Source: an uncultured Prochlorococcus sp.
GTDB lineage: Bacteria > Cyanobacteriota > Cyanobacteriia > PCC-6307 > Cyanobiaceae
NCBI GenBank assembly: GCA_902535185.1
Contig: CACAST010000001.1
Coordinates: 4,667 to 68,666 of the forward strand
Direction: 5' to 3'
DNA length: 64,000 bases
A program made the translations under genes and the position numbers. A model generated the notes under the pieces. It worked only from the letters and a program-made list of their open reading frames with translations, did not search any database and had not been told where the DNA came from. This document shows, in pieces, positions 20,327 through 29,221 of the stretch (position 1 is its first letter; each line of letters begins with the position of its first letter).

Positions 20327-20476
20327 ATGATTTTACCAACGACCTTACTCTTAGGAGCCCTTGGATATCTTTTCTACACCTCAAAAAGAGAACTTTCACT
20401 AGATCACCATGACCTTATGGAAAACCAAAAAGAGAATGATGATTTGTATAAAGATTTGGAAGATCTATTTATTTAA
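20327..20476 (+). CDS. 49-aa N-terminally anchored acidic microprotein (not in ORF track)
   Basis: MILPTTLLLGALGYLFYTSKRELSLDHHDLMENQKENDDLYKDLEDLFI*; TTGACT-16-TATATT upstream. Confidence 0.65.
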   Translation: MILPTTLLLGALGYLFYTSKRELSLDHHDLMENQKENDDLYKDLEDLFI

Positions 20477-20582
20477 ATTACTGCATAGAAATTAATAAGA
20501 TATTAAAGAACTTTGTTTCTTGACTAAAGATATACAAAACCTTAAACATAATTAGAATTGGAGTAACAAAGCTATAAATTCA

Positions 20583-20879
20583 ATGACTGTCCATCAAGAT
20601 TACGAAATAAAAATCAATCTAAATGAATTGATCGAGAAGAGAATCCCATGTTGTGATTTACTTCATCCAGATCATTGTTTAACAGAAAAACAAGTCTCTG
20701 AAATTGCTCATGATATTCGTATGGATTTAAATTTGCATGATCTTTACAAGCAAGTGGATCAACACATCATGAATTATGTAAATGCAGCAGGAATTGATAA
20801 CAATGATCATTGGGTTGAACCACATCTTCCAGATTTGGAGAGAGATTTAAAAGAAGAAGTTGGTATAGAATTTGATTAA
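20583..20879 (+). CDS. Acidic Cys/His-rich hypothetical protein
   Basis: 98-aa ORF with RIPCCDLLHPDHC; GGAG upstream. Confidence 0.8.
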   Translation: MTVHQDYEIKINLNELIEKRIPCCDLLHPDHCLTEKQVSEIAHDIRMDLNLHDLYKQVDQHIMNYVNAAGIDNNDHWVEPHLPDLERDLKEEVGIEFD

Positions 20880-20901
20880 TTTTTCCTATAAAAGAAAGAG
20901 A

Positions 20902-21051
20902 TTAATATATGTATTTTTTTTCTAAATCATCTATCAATTTATAAATACTTTTAGCTGATCTCTTTCTTTTCTTTAAAATTCTAAATCCTGTAAATCCAAT
21001 CAATACTGCAAAAATAGGTGTAAAAATAATAATTCCATGATCCATAACCAT
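20902..21051 (-). CDS. Possible 49-aa single-TM basic microprotein
   Basis: MVMDHGIIIFTPIFAVLIGFTGFRILKKRKRSAKSIYKLIDDLEKKYIY*. Confidence 0.5.
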   Translation of the reverse strand: MVMDHGIIIFTPIFAVLIGFTGFRILKKRKRSAKSIYKLIDDLEKKYIY

Positions 21052-21215
21052 CAAACAGAAGCCTAATATTAAAATTATTAAAAAGTCTGCACCAATTAAA
21101 TAGGTACTTTATACAAATATTTATCACTATAAAAATTAAGATTTCTCATAGAAAAGTGAAAGAATTAAATTTTTTTGTAGATTATGTAGATATAAATTTT
21201 AACTCAATAAAGATA

Positions 21216-21398
21216 ATGATTAATTATTTTGCTTTAACAGTAACTGAGATGGGGATCGGCAAGATAGAGTTAGCAGTTATTAGTGCAGTTATTTTAATAT
21301 TTCCAATTTTATTTGTTTATGCATCTAAAAACCTTGATGCTAAGGGTGTTTTCGAATGGATGATGGAAAAACCTAATGATTGGATAGGTAAAAAATAA
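21216..21398 (+). CDS. Small membrane protein
   Basis: TM segment followed by KGVFEWMMEKPNDWIGKK; ATG at 21216 preferred over the ORF-track start. Confidence 0.7.
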   Translation: MINYFALTVTEMGIGKIELAVISAVILIFPILFVYASKNLDAKGVFEWMMEKPNDWIGKK

Positions 21399-21420
21399 GA
21401 CTTTAAAAATTTACATTTTA

Positions 21421-21762
21421 CTAGTTAAATTTTAAATTTTCTAATTTAGTAATCGCAAAATCATAAACTTGGCAATTATTTTCTAAATCATTAACTATTG
21501 AATTTTTTAGTAGAGAATAATCTATAAACTTATTGAGTTTATTATTTTTAAATTCCTTATTAGTCTCTCCAATAGCAAATGCCAAAGCTCCCTCATAAGA
21601 TATACCGAATTTGGAAGTGTTACAGTAAGTTCTTGTGAACTTATTAGAAATCTTTTTAGTATACTTTTCTAGAGTTCTAGAAGAAGCATCTAATGAGTAA
21701 ACTGGGCTACTAAAAATAAGAAGCAGAGTTAAAGTGAATATCGTAAAAACTCTTTTGATCAT
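21421..21762 (-). CDS. Secreted/periplasmic hypothetical protein
   Basis: Signal peptide, two Cys (TYCN..NNC). Confidence 0.75.
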   Translation of the reverse strand: MIKRVFTIFTLTLLLIFSSPVYSLDASSRTLEKYTKKISNKFTRTYCNTSKFGISYEGALAFAIGETNKEFKNNKLNKFIDYSLLKNSIVNDLENNCQVYDFAITKLENLKFN

Positions 21763-22125
21763 AATATTTCATAAATTGCAAATTTAATATAGTTTAGAAT
21801 TTAACTATGCCGACTATGTTTTATTAAAAATATAAAAAAAATTTTTACTAAAGACAAAATACATTTCATAATTTAGAAGATAGAAAATCTCTAAATGTGT
21901 ATTTTATAGTTTGAATTTTTTTTGGTAGTTTTTTTAAAAAACGTCTAAATACTTTTGGCATAAAAAAATCCTTCTCAATAATTAATAGATAACAAATAAT
22001 ACTTGGGTATTCAATAAATAATTATCTAAAAATAAGTAAATTAATTATTAAATATATGGATTGAACTATGGAAATGTATTTGAACATGAATTATTGTTTA
22101 ATTAAGTATTAAATACAAAATTAAT

Positions 22126-22320
22126 ATGGGACTACCAGAACTTATTTATGCGCCTTTAGATGGCGGAACAATACATAGATATGAAATTAGTGGTGGTAAG
22201 AGAAAATTCTTAAGATTTATAGGTTGTTATTTGGGTCAATGCAATTTCCACAAAAATATTGATGATGCTATTGATTACATAAAAAATTTGAAAGAATCAC
22301 AAAAGATACAAAAAACATGA
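22126..22320 (+). CDS. 64-aa hypothetical protein
   Basis: ATG ORF with higher GC than flanks; FIGCYLGQCNF. Confidence 0.75.
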   Translation: MGLPELIYAPLDGGTIHRYEISGGKRKFLRFIGCYLGQCNFHKNIDDAIDYIKNLKESQKIQKT

Positions 22321-22477
22321 AATAAAGATACATAAATACGATAGGGACTCAATATTTTTCAATAACTACATAATTATTGCTACAAATAATAGAGAATTTT
22401 CTTTTTATAAGTAATTGATTATTTACTTGGGTTATAGTTCCGAAAGATAAACAGTCAATTAAAAAAGAAATTAATTT

Positions 22478-23800
22478 ATGGAAAACAGACAAATTAATTT
22501 TTTTAAATCAAAAGACTTAAATACCGTTCTTAAACCATTCAAAAAAGGAACGGTAGTAAAAATTGACTCGTTTGATATTAGAGAAACTCAAAATGAATTA
22601 AAAATAGGATTGTTTGGTTGGTATGCTATATGTCCTTCGAAAGAACTAAAAAAGAATACGCTATTTTATTTTTCACTCTATGATGAGCCTCTTGTTCTTT
22701 ATAGAGATGAAAATGAAAACGTTAGGTGTATTAAAAATATTTGTCCACATAGGGGGGCCTCTTTTTTTGAAGGAACATTATTAGATGGAGTAATAACCTG
22801 CCCCTATCATGGAGCTAAATTCTCATCTGGTGGAAGTTGCCAAAATCTAGATAGAATAACATGCAGACATATAGTAGATAATAACTACGATAACTACGCC
22901 AAAAGAATTCACTTATCTCAATACAAAGCTTTAGAAAAGAATGGATATATTTTTGTACATTTTTCTAAAAAATCTGACACTGATTTAAACAATATAAGTG
23001 AAGATGCACCAATAAGTAATTACGAACTATATGAAAATGGTTTTACGCATAAGGATTATGTATATGAAGAGGTATTAGTTGATTTCAAATGTGATTGGTC
23101 AAGAATAATTGAAAATCACTTAGATATACTTCATCTTTTTTGGGTTCATGGCGATACAATCCCTGATAAAGATGTTAATAAAAACGTTCTAGTTAGTTTT
23201 AACCAAAAAATTAATGTTACTCCTCAATACATTGAAAGTATTTATTATTACAAGAATGAGCCTACAAAAGAATTTATCCGGATAAAATACATACCACCAG
23301 GAAGAATATTAATTTATAAAGGTGAACCCTCTGCTGCAAGATATTTACAAGTCTTAGATCATATTCCACTAGGCAATAACAATGCAAGAGTAATAGTGAG
23401 ACATTACAGAAAATTTTTAAAAAATAAACTACTTAATAACCTCATATTGTTTAAAGAGAATCAAAGAAAGATTTTTTATAAAATATTCGATGAGGATTAC
23501 ATGATTTTAAAAACACAAACATATAACCACAATATGGGATTTATAAGTAAGGATGAAATAAAATTATTGGGAGAAGACAGGATAATAAATTATTTTTGGA
23601 AATGGTACAAAAAGTCTGAAGATAAAGATGAACCATGGAAAAATAATATAAATTCCCAAAATCTTGATGTATATGACAAAGTGATATTGAAATATCCCCC
23701 TGAGATAAAAAAGTTAGAAATCGCAAATAATATAGATATCATTAGAAAAACATTTGTACGATTTGCTGCTCCGCTTATATTTTTTATGTTAATAATATAA
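22478..23800 (+). CDS. cao: Rieske non-heme iron oxygenase, probable Prochlorococcus chlorophyllide a oxygenase
   Basis: Rieske CPH..CPYH, mononuclear Fe ENHLDILHLFWVH, EDY; C-terminal membrane anchor; CAO identity inferred from recalled Prochlorococcus context. Confidence 0.75.
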   Translation: MENRQINFFKSKDLNTVLKPFKKGTVVKIDSFDIRETQNELKIGLFGWYAICPSKELKKNTLFYFSLYDEPLVLYRDENENVRCIKNICPHRGASFFEGTLLDGVITCPYHGAKFSSGGSCQNLDRITCRHIVDNNYDNYAKRIHLSQYKALEKNGYIFVHFSKKSDTDLNNISEDAPISNYELYENGFTHKDYVYEEVLVDFKCDWSRIIENHLDILHLFWVHGDTIPDKDVNKNVLVSFNQKINVTPQYIESIYYYKNEPTKEFIRIKYIPPGRILIYKGEPSAARYLQVLDHIPLGNNNARVIVRHYRKFLKNKLLNNLILFKENQRKIFYKIFDEDYMILKTQTYNHNMGFISKDEIKLLGEDRIINYFWKWYKKSEDKDEPWKNNINSQNLDVYDKVILKYPPEIKKLEIANNIDIIRKTFVRFAAPLIFFMLII

Positions 23801-23803
23801 TTT

Positions 23804-23905
23804 ATGAAGAAAGTAGATAGACCTTCATGGTTGAATTGGCTATATCTTTTTATTTTTATTTTAAGCTCAATTCAATTAATTATATTTTGGAGTAATAAGT
23901 TTTAG
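23804..23905 (+). CDS. 33-aa single-TM microprotein (not in ORF track)
   Basis: MKKVDRPSWLNWLYLFIFILSSIQLIIFWSNKF*; fills the gap between the flanking genes (3- and 2-nt spacers). Confidence 0.65.
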   Translation: MKKVDRPSWLNWLYLFIFILSSIQLIIFWSNKF

Positions 23906-23907
23906 TC

Positions 23908-24693
23908 TTGAATAAATTTTGGTTTGACGCAAAAAATATAAATTGTTTTAAAAATGGCTTTAGAGTAATTAAAGATTTAAATTTAAAAATAGCGTATTCA
24001 GAGAATGTAATATTAATTGGGCCAAATGGTTCAGGTAAATCATCCTTAATTGAATTAATTAATAGAAACATATACCCAGTAGAAGCCAATGAATCGAAAC
24101 TGAAGATATTTGACAAAGAACTTATAAATTTATGGGAATTAAGAAAAAAAATAAGTACCGTAAATAATGATATAAAAATTAGAATAAATCCAAATTTACA
24201 AGTTTTTGATTTAATTTTAAGTGGACTATACGGAAGATATTGTTACATAAAAAATAAATCTGAAAAAGATTCTAATAAGGTGGAAAAAATCATGAAGATA
24301 ATGAATATATCTAATTTATCTAAAAAGAATTTTTCCTATTTATCAGATGGAGAGAAACAAATTTCCCTCATTGCAAGGGCATTAATCAAAAAACCGAAAA
24401 TCCTAATCCTAGATGAACCAATTGCAAATTTAGATTATAAATCAAAGTTTTTTGTAATTGATAAGGTTAATGAATTATCAAAATTAAATACTAAAATTTT
24501 ATGCGTCACTCATGATATTTCAATGATTACAAAAATTTATGACCGGGTGATAATGCTAAAAGATGGCAAAATAATCGCCGATGGAAATCAAAATAATGTT
24601 ATAAATAGTGAAAATCTTAATAATTTATATGGTATTCAAGTAGAGGTAACTAACAATAATGGTCTTTGGAATATAAAAAGATTAATTAAATAA
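23908..24693 (+). CDS. ABC ATPase (ModF/YlmA-like) with no adjacent permease
   Basis: GPNGSGKSS, LSDGEKQ, ILDEP, VTHD. Confidence 0.88.
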   Translation: MNKFWFDAKNINCFKNGFRVIKDLNLKIAYSENVILIGPNGSGKSSLIELINRNIYPVEANESKLKIFDKELINLWELRKKISTVNNDIKIRINPNLQVFDLILSGLYGRYCYIKNKSEKDSNKVEKIMKIMNISNLSKKNFSYLSDGEKQISLIARALIKKPKILILDEPIANLDYKSKFFVIDKVNELSKLNTKILCVTHDISMITKIYDRVIMLKDGKIIADGNQNNVINSENLNNLYGIQVEVTNNNGLWNIKRLIK

Positions 24694-24874
24694 CAATTAT
24701 GAAAATAGCTATCGCAATAGCTAGAAATACTAAATATTTACTTTTTAAAAATGAAGATGATTTAATTTTAAATGAAGAAGATCCACATTTAGAACATACA
24801 ATCTTACCTCCTAAAGATCGATCTGAGACGAATGAAGAACTTCCACAATTAAAACAAACTTTATTTACGCTCAT
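24686..24874 (-). CDS. Zinc-ribbon protein with C-terminal membrane anchor
   Basis: CFNCG..DRSLGGKIVCSKCG plus hydrophobic tail. Confidence 0.8.
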   Translation of the reverse strand: MSVNKVCFNCGSSSFVSDRSLGGKIVCSKCGSSSFKIKSSSFLKSKYLVFLAIAIAIFIIVI

Positions 24875-24951
24875 CTAAAATAAATTATTTAGCTATTCTA
24901 TCTAAATTATATTGCTAAATACTATGTAAAGAAAAACTTCAGAATAATGAT

Positions 24952-24970
24952 GATAATGAGAATCTATTGC
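24952..24970. promoter_or_regulatory. Fur box (distal) upstream of the CRP-family gene
   Basis: GATAATGAGAATCTATTGC, 14/19 to GATAATGATAATCATTATC. Confidence 0.7.
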
Positions 24971-24996
24971 AATAAGTTAATTTATAGTGCATAATT

Positions 24997-25015
24997 GATA
25001 ATAATTCTCATTATC
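24997..25015. promoter_or_regulatory. Fur box (proximal) upstream of the CRP-family gene
   Basis: GATAATAATTCTCATTATC, 16/19 to consensus, ending 13 nt before the ATG. Confidence 0.85.
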
Positions 25016-25028
25016 ATATTTTTATTTA

Positions 25029-25616
25029 ATGAATTTCCATAGTTATGGAGAATCTCCGACAAAATTAGTAAGGATAATAACTGGACAATCCGTATTAATA
25101 GATCCTTCATCAAGGCCAAAAGGGACATGCCTAGAAGTTGAAAGTGGAATTGCTAGAGTATATTGCCCTTGTGAAGAAACTGAAGGAATGACACTTGCAT
25201 TTTTACAATCAGGTGATCAACTAAGAACGGACCTTTTATGTAGCGAAGGTGTCTGTGTTGAAGCATTAACAGATTTGTCTTTTCATAGCAATGTAAATAT
25301 TGATCAGAATATTGGCTTTGATGCAGTAAATGAATGGACTTTGCAACTCCTTAGGATTAGACACTTAGGAAATGCAGAACAGCGATTACAAGCCTTATTT
25401 TCAATACTAGTAAATCGTCTAGGAAGAAGATGTGGTCAATGGTGCGAGCTACCCTTTAGGTTAACGCACGAAAGGATTGGAGAATTAATCGGTTCTACAC
25501 GAGTAACATCAACAAGATTAATTTCTAAATTAAGATCATCTGAGTTATTAATAGCTCCAATTGGAACCCAAACAGTAAGTGTTGCCCCTTCTTTTATTGA
25601 AACATCGCCGCTATAA
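25029..25616 (+). CDS. CRP/FNR-family transcriptional regulator (IdiB-like, iron-responsive)
   Basis: HTH LTHERIGELIGSTRVTSTRLIS; Fur boxes upstream. Confidence 0.9.
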   Translation: MNFHSYGESPTKLVRIITGQSVLIDPSSRPKGTCLEVESGIARVYCPCEETEGMTLAFLQSGDQLRTDLLCSEGVCVEALTDLSFHSNVNIDQNIGFDAVNEWTLQLLRIRHLGNAEQRLQALFSILVNRLGRRCGQWCELPFRLTHERIGELIGSTRVTSTRLISKLRSSELLIAPIGTQTVSVAPSFIETSPL

Positions 25617-25620
25617 AAAA

Positions 25621-25908
25621 ATGAAGGAATCACAATCACTTACAAATAACTTGTTAATAGAAGTTGATTATTTATCAAATAGACTCAGAAATATCAAGCA
25701 ATCCTACAAAACTACAGAAAATAAAGCATTGAAGGGAAGGTTATTTATTGAAAACAAAAATATCTTTAAAAGAGTTAAGGAAATTTATAAAATAGCTGAA
25801 CTCTTAAATAAAAATAATGGGAAAATCAACTTTTCTAATTTACTTTTTGAAATAACCAAAAGGACATTGAATGAAAATAAATTTGAAAGTAATTTATTTT
25901 TTCTTTAA
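25621..25908 (+). CDS. Basic helical hypothetical protein co-transcribed with the CRP gene
   Basis: ATG 4 nt after the CRP stop; 95 aa. Confidence 0.75.
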   Translation: MKESQSLTNNLLIEVDYLSNRLRNIKQSYKTTENKALKGRLFIENKNIFKRVKEIYKIAELLNKNNGKINFSNLLFEITKRTLNENKFESNLFFL

Positions 25909-26448
25909 ATCACTATCTATTAATAAGATTGCCGAAGGTTGATTAGAAGCAAACTTAACCTTGCCCAGTATGTTCGCAAATTCATCTTCTGATTGAGTTT
26001 GAGCTTCTATAATGGGATCTAAAAAAACGTTAGTTCTTGTATCTGAAATTCTTTCTGATATGGAATAAAGTTGTTGTAGAGATGAAGTTAAATCAGCCTC
26101 CATATTAAAGGAATAAGAAATCAGCTCCTCTATTGAATCCCATGTTTGAACGGGTGCAGGAATTTCATCTAATTTTACGTTTTGTCCTCTTGCGATTAAG
26201 TAATCTGCAAATTTCTGAGCATGTTCCATTTCGCCTTTTGATTCACTTAGAAAATGAGAGGCAAATCCGTTTAAATCACGTTCTTGAAACCATAGATACA
26301 TAGAAAAATATTGAACATTGGCATATCTTTCCATTGTGAGATGTTCGAAAATGTTATCCAACAAACTTTTGTCTATCGGTTGAGCAACAGCTCTTCCAGA
26401 AGGACCAAAATTAACTAATTTTTTTGTTTTTAAGTTATTTTCATTCAT
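25894..26448 (-). CDS. ftn: Ferritin
   Basis: MERYA..Y, EMEHA, FNMEA, EAQ..SE ferroxidase-type pattern. Confidence 0.95.
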   Translation of the reverse strand: MNENNLKTKKLVNFGPSGRAVAQPIDKSLLDNIFEHLTMERYANVQYFSMYLWFQERDLNGFASHFLSESKGEMEHAQKFADYLIARGQNVKLDEIPAPVQTWDSIEELISYSFNMEADLTSSLQQLYSISERISDTRTNVFLDPIIEAQTQSEDEFANILGKVKFASNQPSAILLIDSDLKKK

Positions 26449-26532
26449 TTTCAGATAAGTATCTAAGAAAATAATACAACATTTTGTATAAATTAGTAAT
26501 TAATAAATCCTTTAAATTAAATTAAATAATAT

Positions 26533-26551
26533 GATAATGAAAATCACTCGC
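26533..26551. promoter_or_regulatory. Fur box upstream of ferritin
   Basis: GATAATGAAAATCACTCGC, 15/19 to consensus. Confidence 0.7.
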
Positions 26552-26691
26552 AATACTATAAATGAATTTAGAGTACAGTTTTTCTGAACTGCTTTTAACT
26601 AATAAAATATATAAATATAAAAAAAAGAAATGTAAAAAGAAAAAATGCTCTAATTGGAAGGGAGGAAAGTGTAATTGCCTATAAATAAATT

Positions 26692-27750
26692 CTATATATA
26701 TACCTTATGTGCTCCAGGATATAAAAAATAATAACTATTTTTATTTATAGAAAGAGAACATTTATCACCATTATTTAGGAGATTATTAATATCAGTTCTA
26801 ACCCGCAATATGTTTCCATTAATAGTTACTTTATATATAAGAAAATCTCCAAGAAATTCTTTAGATATTACATTCGCATTTCCAGATTCTGATCTTTTAA
26901 TTGAAATAAATTTAGGCGAAATTGACATACTTTTAATATTTAAATTTTGTAAAACCGCTGAACTATTTATTTCACCTAAACAAGACATATATGAATTACC
27001 ATTTTTTTGAAGATTAATAATATTATTACCCAAAATAAAACTACTAACAAATAGGGTCTTGGGATTGTTTAGAAGGTTAATTGGTGTATCAATTTGATGT
27101 ATTTTTCCTTCATTCATGACGGCAACTTTATCGCAAATAGACATTGCCTCTTCTGGATCATGAGTAACCATCAATCCACTTGCATTGCAACCTTTTAGGA
27201 TATTTGGTAGTTCACTTCTCAATTTTAGTTTGACATGCATATCAAGACTACAAAATGGTTCATCTAATAAAATAAAATTAGTCCCAGGAGCAAGAGCTCT
27301 CGCAATTGCTAGTCTTTGTTTTTGGCCTCCAGATAATTCATGTGGGTATCTTCCAATAAAACTATCAAGACCTACAACATTTAATAAATAGTCAACTCTA
27401 GATCTATCTTTTTTGTTTTTTAAACCAAAAATTACATTTTCCAAAACAGTTAAGTGAGGGAAAAGTGCATAGTCTTGAAAAACCATACCAATATTTCTTT
27501 TCTCAGGACTAAGAATTTTTTTTCCACTTGAAATTTCCTTATCATTTAGAGAAATCCTCCCTTTAGAAGGATATTCGAACCCAGCAATTAATCTTAAAAG
27601 AGTAGTTTTCCCGCAACCAGAGGGACCAAGCAACCCTAACAATTCGCCATTTTCAATTTTCAGGTTAATTGCGTTTAATATCCAATTTGAAGATTCTCGC
27701 TTATGATATTTATGATGCAAATCATCAATTATTAACGCATCATTTTTCAC
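26692..27750 (-). CDS. futC: Fe(III) ABC transporter ATP-binding protein
   Basis: GPSGCGKTT, VFQDYALFPH, YPHELSGGQ, TOBE-like tail; iron-gene context. Confidence 0.88.
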   Translation of the reverse strand: MKNDALIIDDLHHKYHKRESSNWILNAINLKIENGELLGLLGPSGCGKTTLLRLIAGFEYPSKGRISLNDKEISSGKKILSPEKRNIGMVFQDYALFPHLTVLENVIFGLKNKKDRSRVDYLLNVVGLDSFIGRYPHELSGGQKQRLAIARALAPGTNFILLDEPFCSLDMHVKLKLRSELPNILKGCNASGLMVTHDPEEAMSICDKVAVMNEGKIHQIDTPINLLNNPKTLFVSSFILGNNIINLQKNGNSYMSCLGEINSSAVLQNLNIKSMSISPKFISIKRSESGNANVISKEFLGDFLIYKVTINGNILRVRTDINNLLNNGDKCSLSINKNSYYFLYPGAHKVYI

Positions 27751-27810
27751 TAAGTTCTTCTTACTTCAAATATATTAAGTTAGCAGAAAATATTCACCTA
27801 AAATAACCCT

Positions 27811-27826
27811 TGTATAATTTTATACA
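27811..27826. promoter_or_regulatory. TGTA-N8-TACA palindrome between divergent futC and nth
   Basis: TGTATAATTTTATACA; also contains TATAAT. Confidence 0.5.
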
Positions 27827-27846
27827 CCGTTTAATTTTCAAATTTA

Positions 27847-28500
27847 ATGAGAAAGACCGAAAGAGCAGAAATAATCCGTAAGGAACTCAAAAAGCTATAT
27901 CCATCGCCTCCAATACCTCTTGATCATACAAATGCATATACACTTCTCGTCGCGGTAGTTTTAAGTGCTCAATCAACAGACAAGAAAGTTAATGAATTAA
28001 CGAAAAGCCTATTTAAAGTTGCAGATAATCCAGAAAAGATGGTGCATCTAGGTATTAATGGCATTTACGAATACATAAAATTTTTAGGTCTATCTAATCA
28101 AAAATCAAAGAACATTTATAACTTATCTAAATTATTGATTGAGAAGCATAATGGTGCGGTCCCAGATTCTTTTGAGAAACTTGAATCTCTTCCAGGGGTG
28201 GGTCATAAAACAGCATCAGTTGTAATGTCTCAAGTGTTTAAAATACCCTCATTCCCAGTAGATACTCACATACACAGGTTGGCACAAAGATGGGGGCTAT
28301 CAAATGGAGATAACGTAGTTCAAACAGAAAAAGACCTTAAAAAAATATTTCATATTAATGATTGGAATACCTTACATTTACAAATAATCTTTTATGGCAG
28401 AGAATACTGCACAGCGAGAGGCTGTGATGGAACAAAATGTTCGTTATGTCGCACTCTTTATCCCAAAAGAAAAAAGAAATTTATATGTAAAAAGGCTTAA
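27847..28500 (+). CDS. nth: Endonuclease III
   Basis: LSAQSTD, HhH LPGVGHKTA, VDTH, C-terminal Cys cluster. Confidence 0.95.
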   Translation: MRKTERAEIIRKELKKLYPSPPIPLDHTNAYTLLVAVVLSAQSTDKKVNELTKSLFKVADNPEKMVHLGINGIYEYIKFLGLSNQKSKNIYNLSKLLIEKHNGAVPDSFEKLESLPGVGHKTASVVMSQVFKIPSFPVDTHIHRLAQRWGLSNGDNVVQTEKDLKKIFHINDWNTLHLQIIFYGREYCTARGCDGTKCSLCRTLYPKRKKKFICKKA

Positions 28501-28535
28501 TAAATTTATATAATATTTAAATTAATTTTTTAATC

Positions 28536-29195
28536 ATGAAAATAGCAATTACTGGTGCATCGGGGAAAACAGGTTATAGAATTTCCGAAGAAGCAGTTCA
28601 GAAAGGATATAAAGTAAGGCAAATCATCAGAAAGTATTCAAAAGTTCCAGCAGGACTAGAGAGTTTAGAAACAATTAGGGTTTCATTAGACAATAGAAAA
28701 GAACTTGATAAAGCTTTAAAAAATATTGATGCTTTGATAATTGCGACTGGAGCAAGAGCATCATTAGATTTAACTGGTCCTGCAAAGGTTGATGCATTAG
28801 GTGTATACAGGCAATTAGAGAGTTGCAAAAGAGTTGGTATTAAAAGAGTTATTTTAGTTAGTTCCCTTTGTACTGGTAAATTATTTCACCCATTAAACTT
28901 ATTTGGTTTAATTCTTATTTGGAAGAAATTAGGTGAGAACTTTCTACGAAATTCAAATTTCGAATGGACTATTATTAGACCTGGAGGATTAAAGGAAAAT
29001 GAAGATATTAAATCAGAAAATATAAATTATTCAAAAGAAGATACTCAAATTAATGGATCAATCCCAAGAAGATTAGTTGCGCAATGTTGTATAGATTCTT
29101 TAAAAAACAAAGAATCCATAAATAAATTAATAGAAGTTACAAGTTCGAATGATAATAAAAAGATATCTTTTAAAAAAGCTATGCAAATGATTTAA
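28536..29195 (+). CDS. NAD(P)H-binding SDR-like protein (Tic62-like)
   Basis: GASGKTG, HPLNLFGLILIWK, IIRPGGL. Confidence 0.88.
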   Translation: MKIAITGASGKTGYRISEEAVQKGYKVRQIIRKYSKVPAGLESLETIRVSLDNRKELDKALKNIDALIIATGARASLDLTGPAKVDALGVYRQLESCKRVGIKRVILVSSLCTGKLFHPLNLFGLILIWKKLGENFLRNSNFEWTIIRPGGLKENEDIKSENINYSKEDTQINGSIPRRLVAQCCIDSLKNKESINKLIEVTSSNDNKKISFKKAMQMI

Positions 29196-29221
29196 AAGAT
29201 GTAAATATATTAATTAAAACT

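Noticed and set aside
21866-21961. 31-aa basic ORF MPKVFRRFLKKLPKK...
   Set aside because: Very short and low-complexity; no independent support
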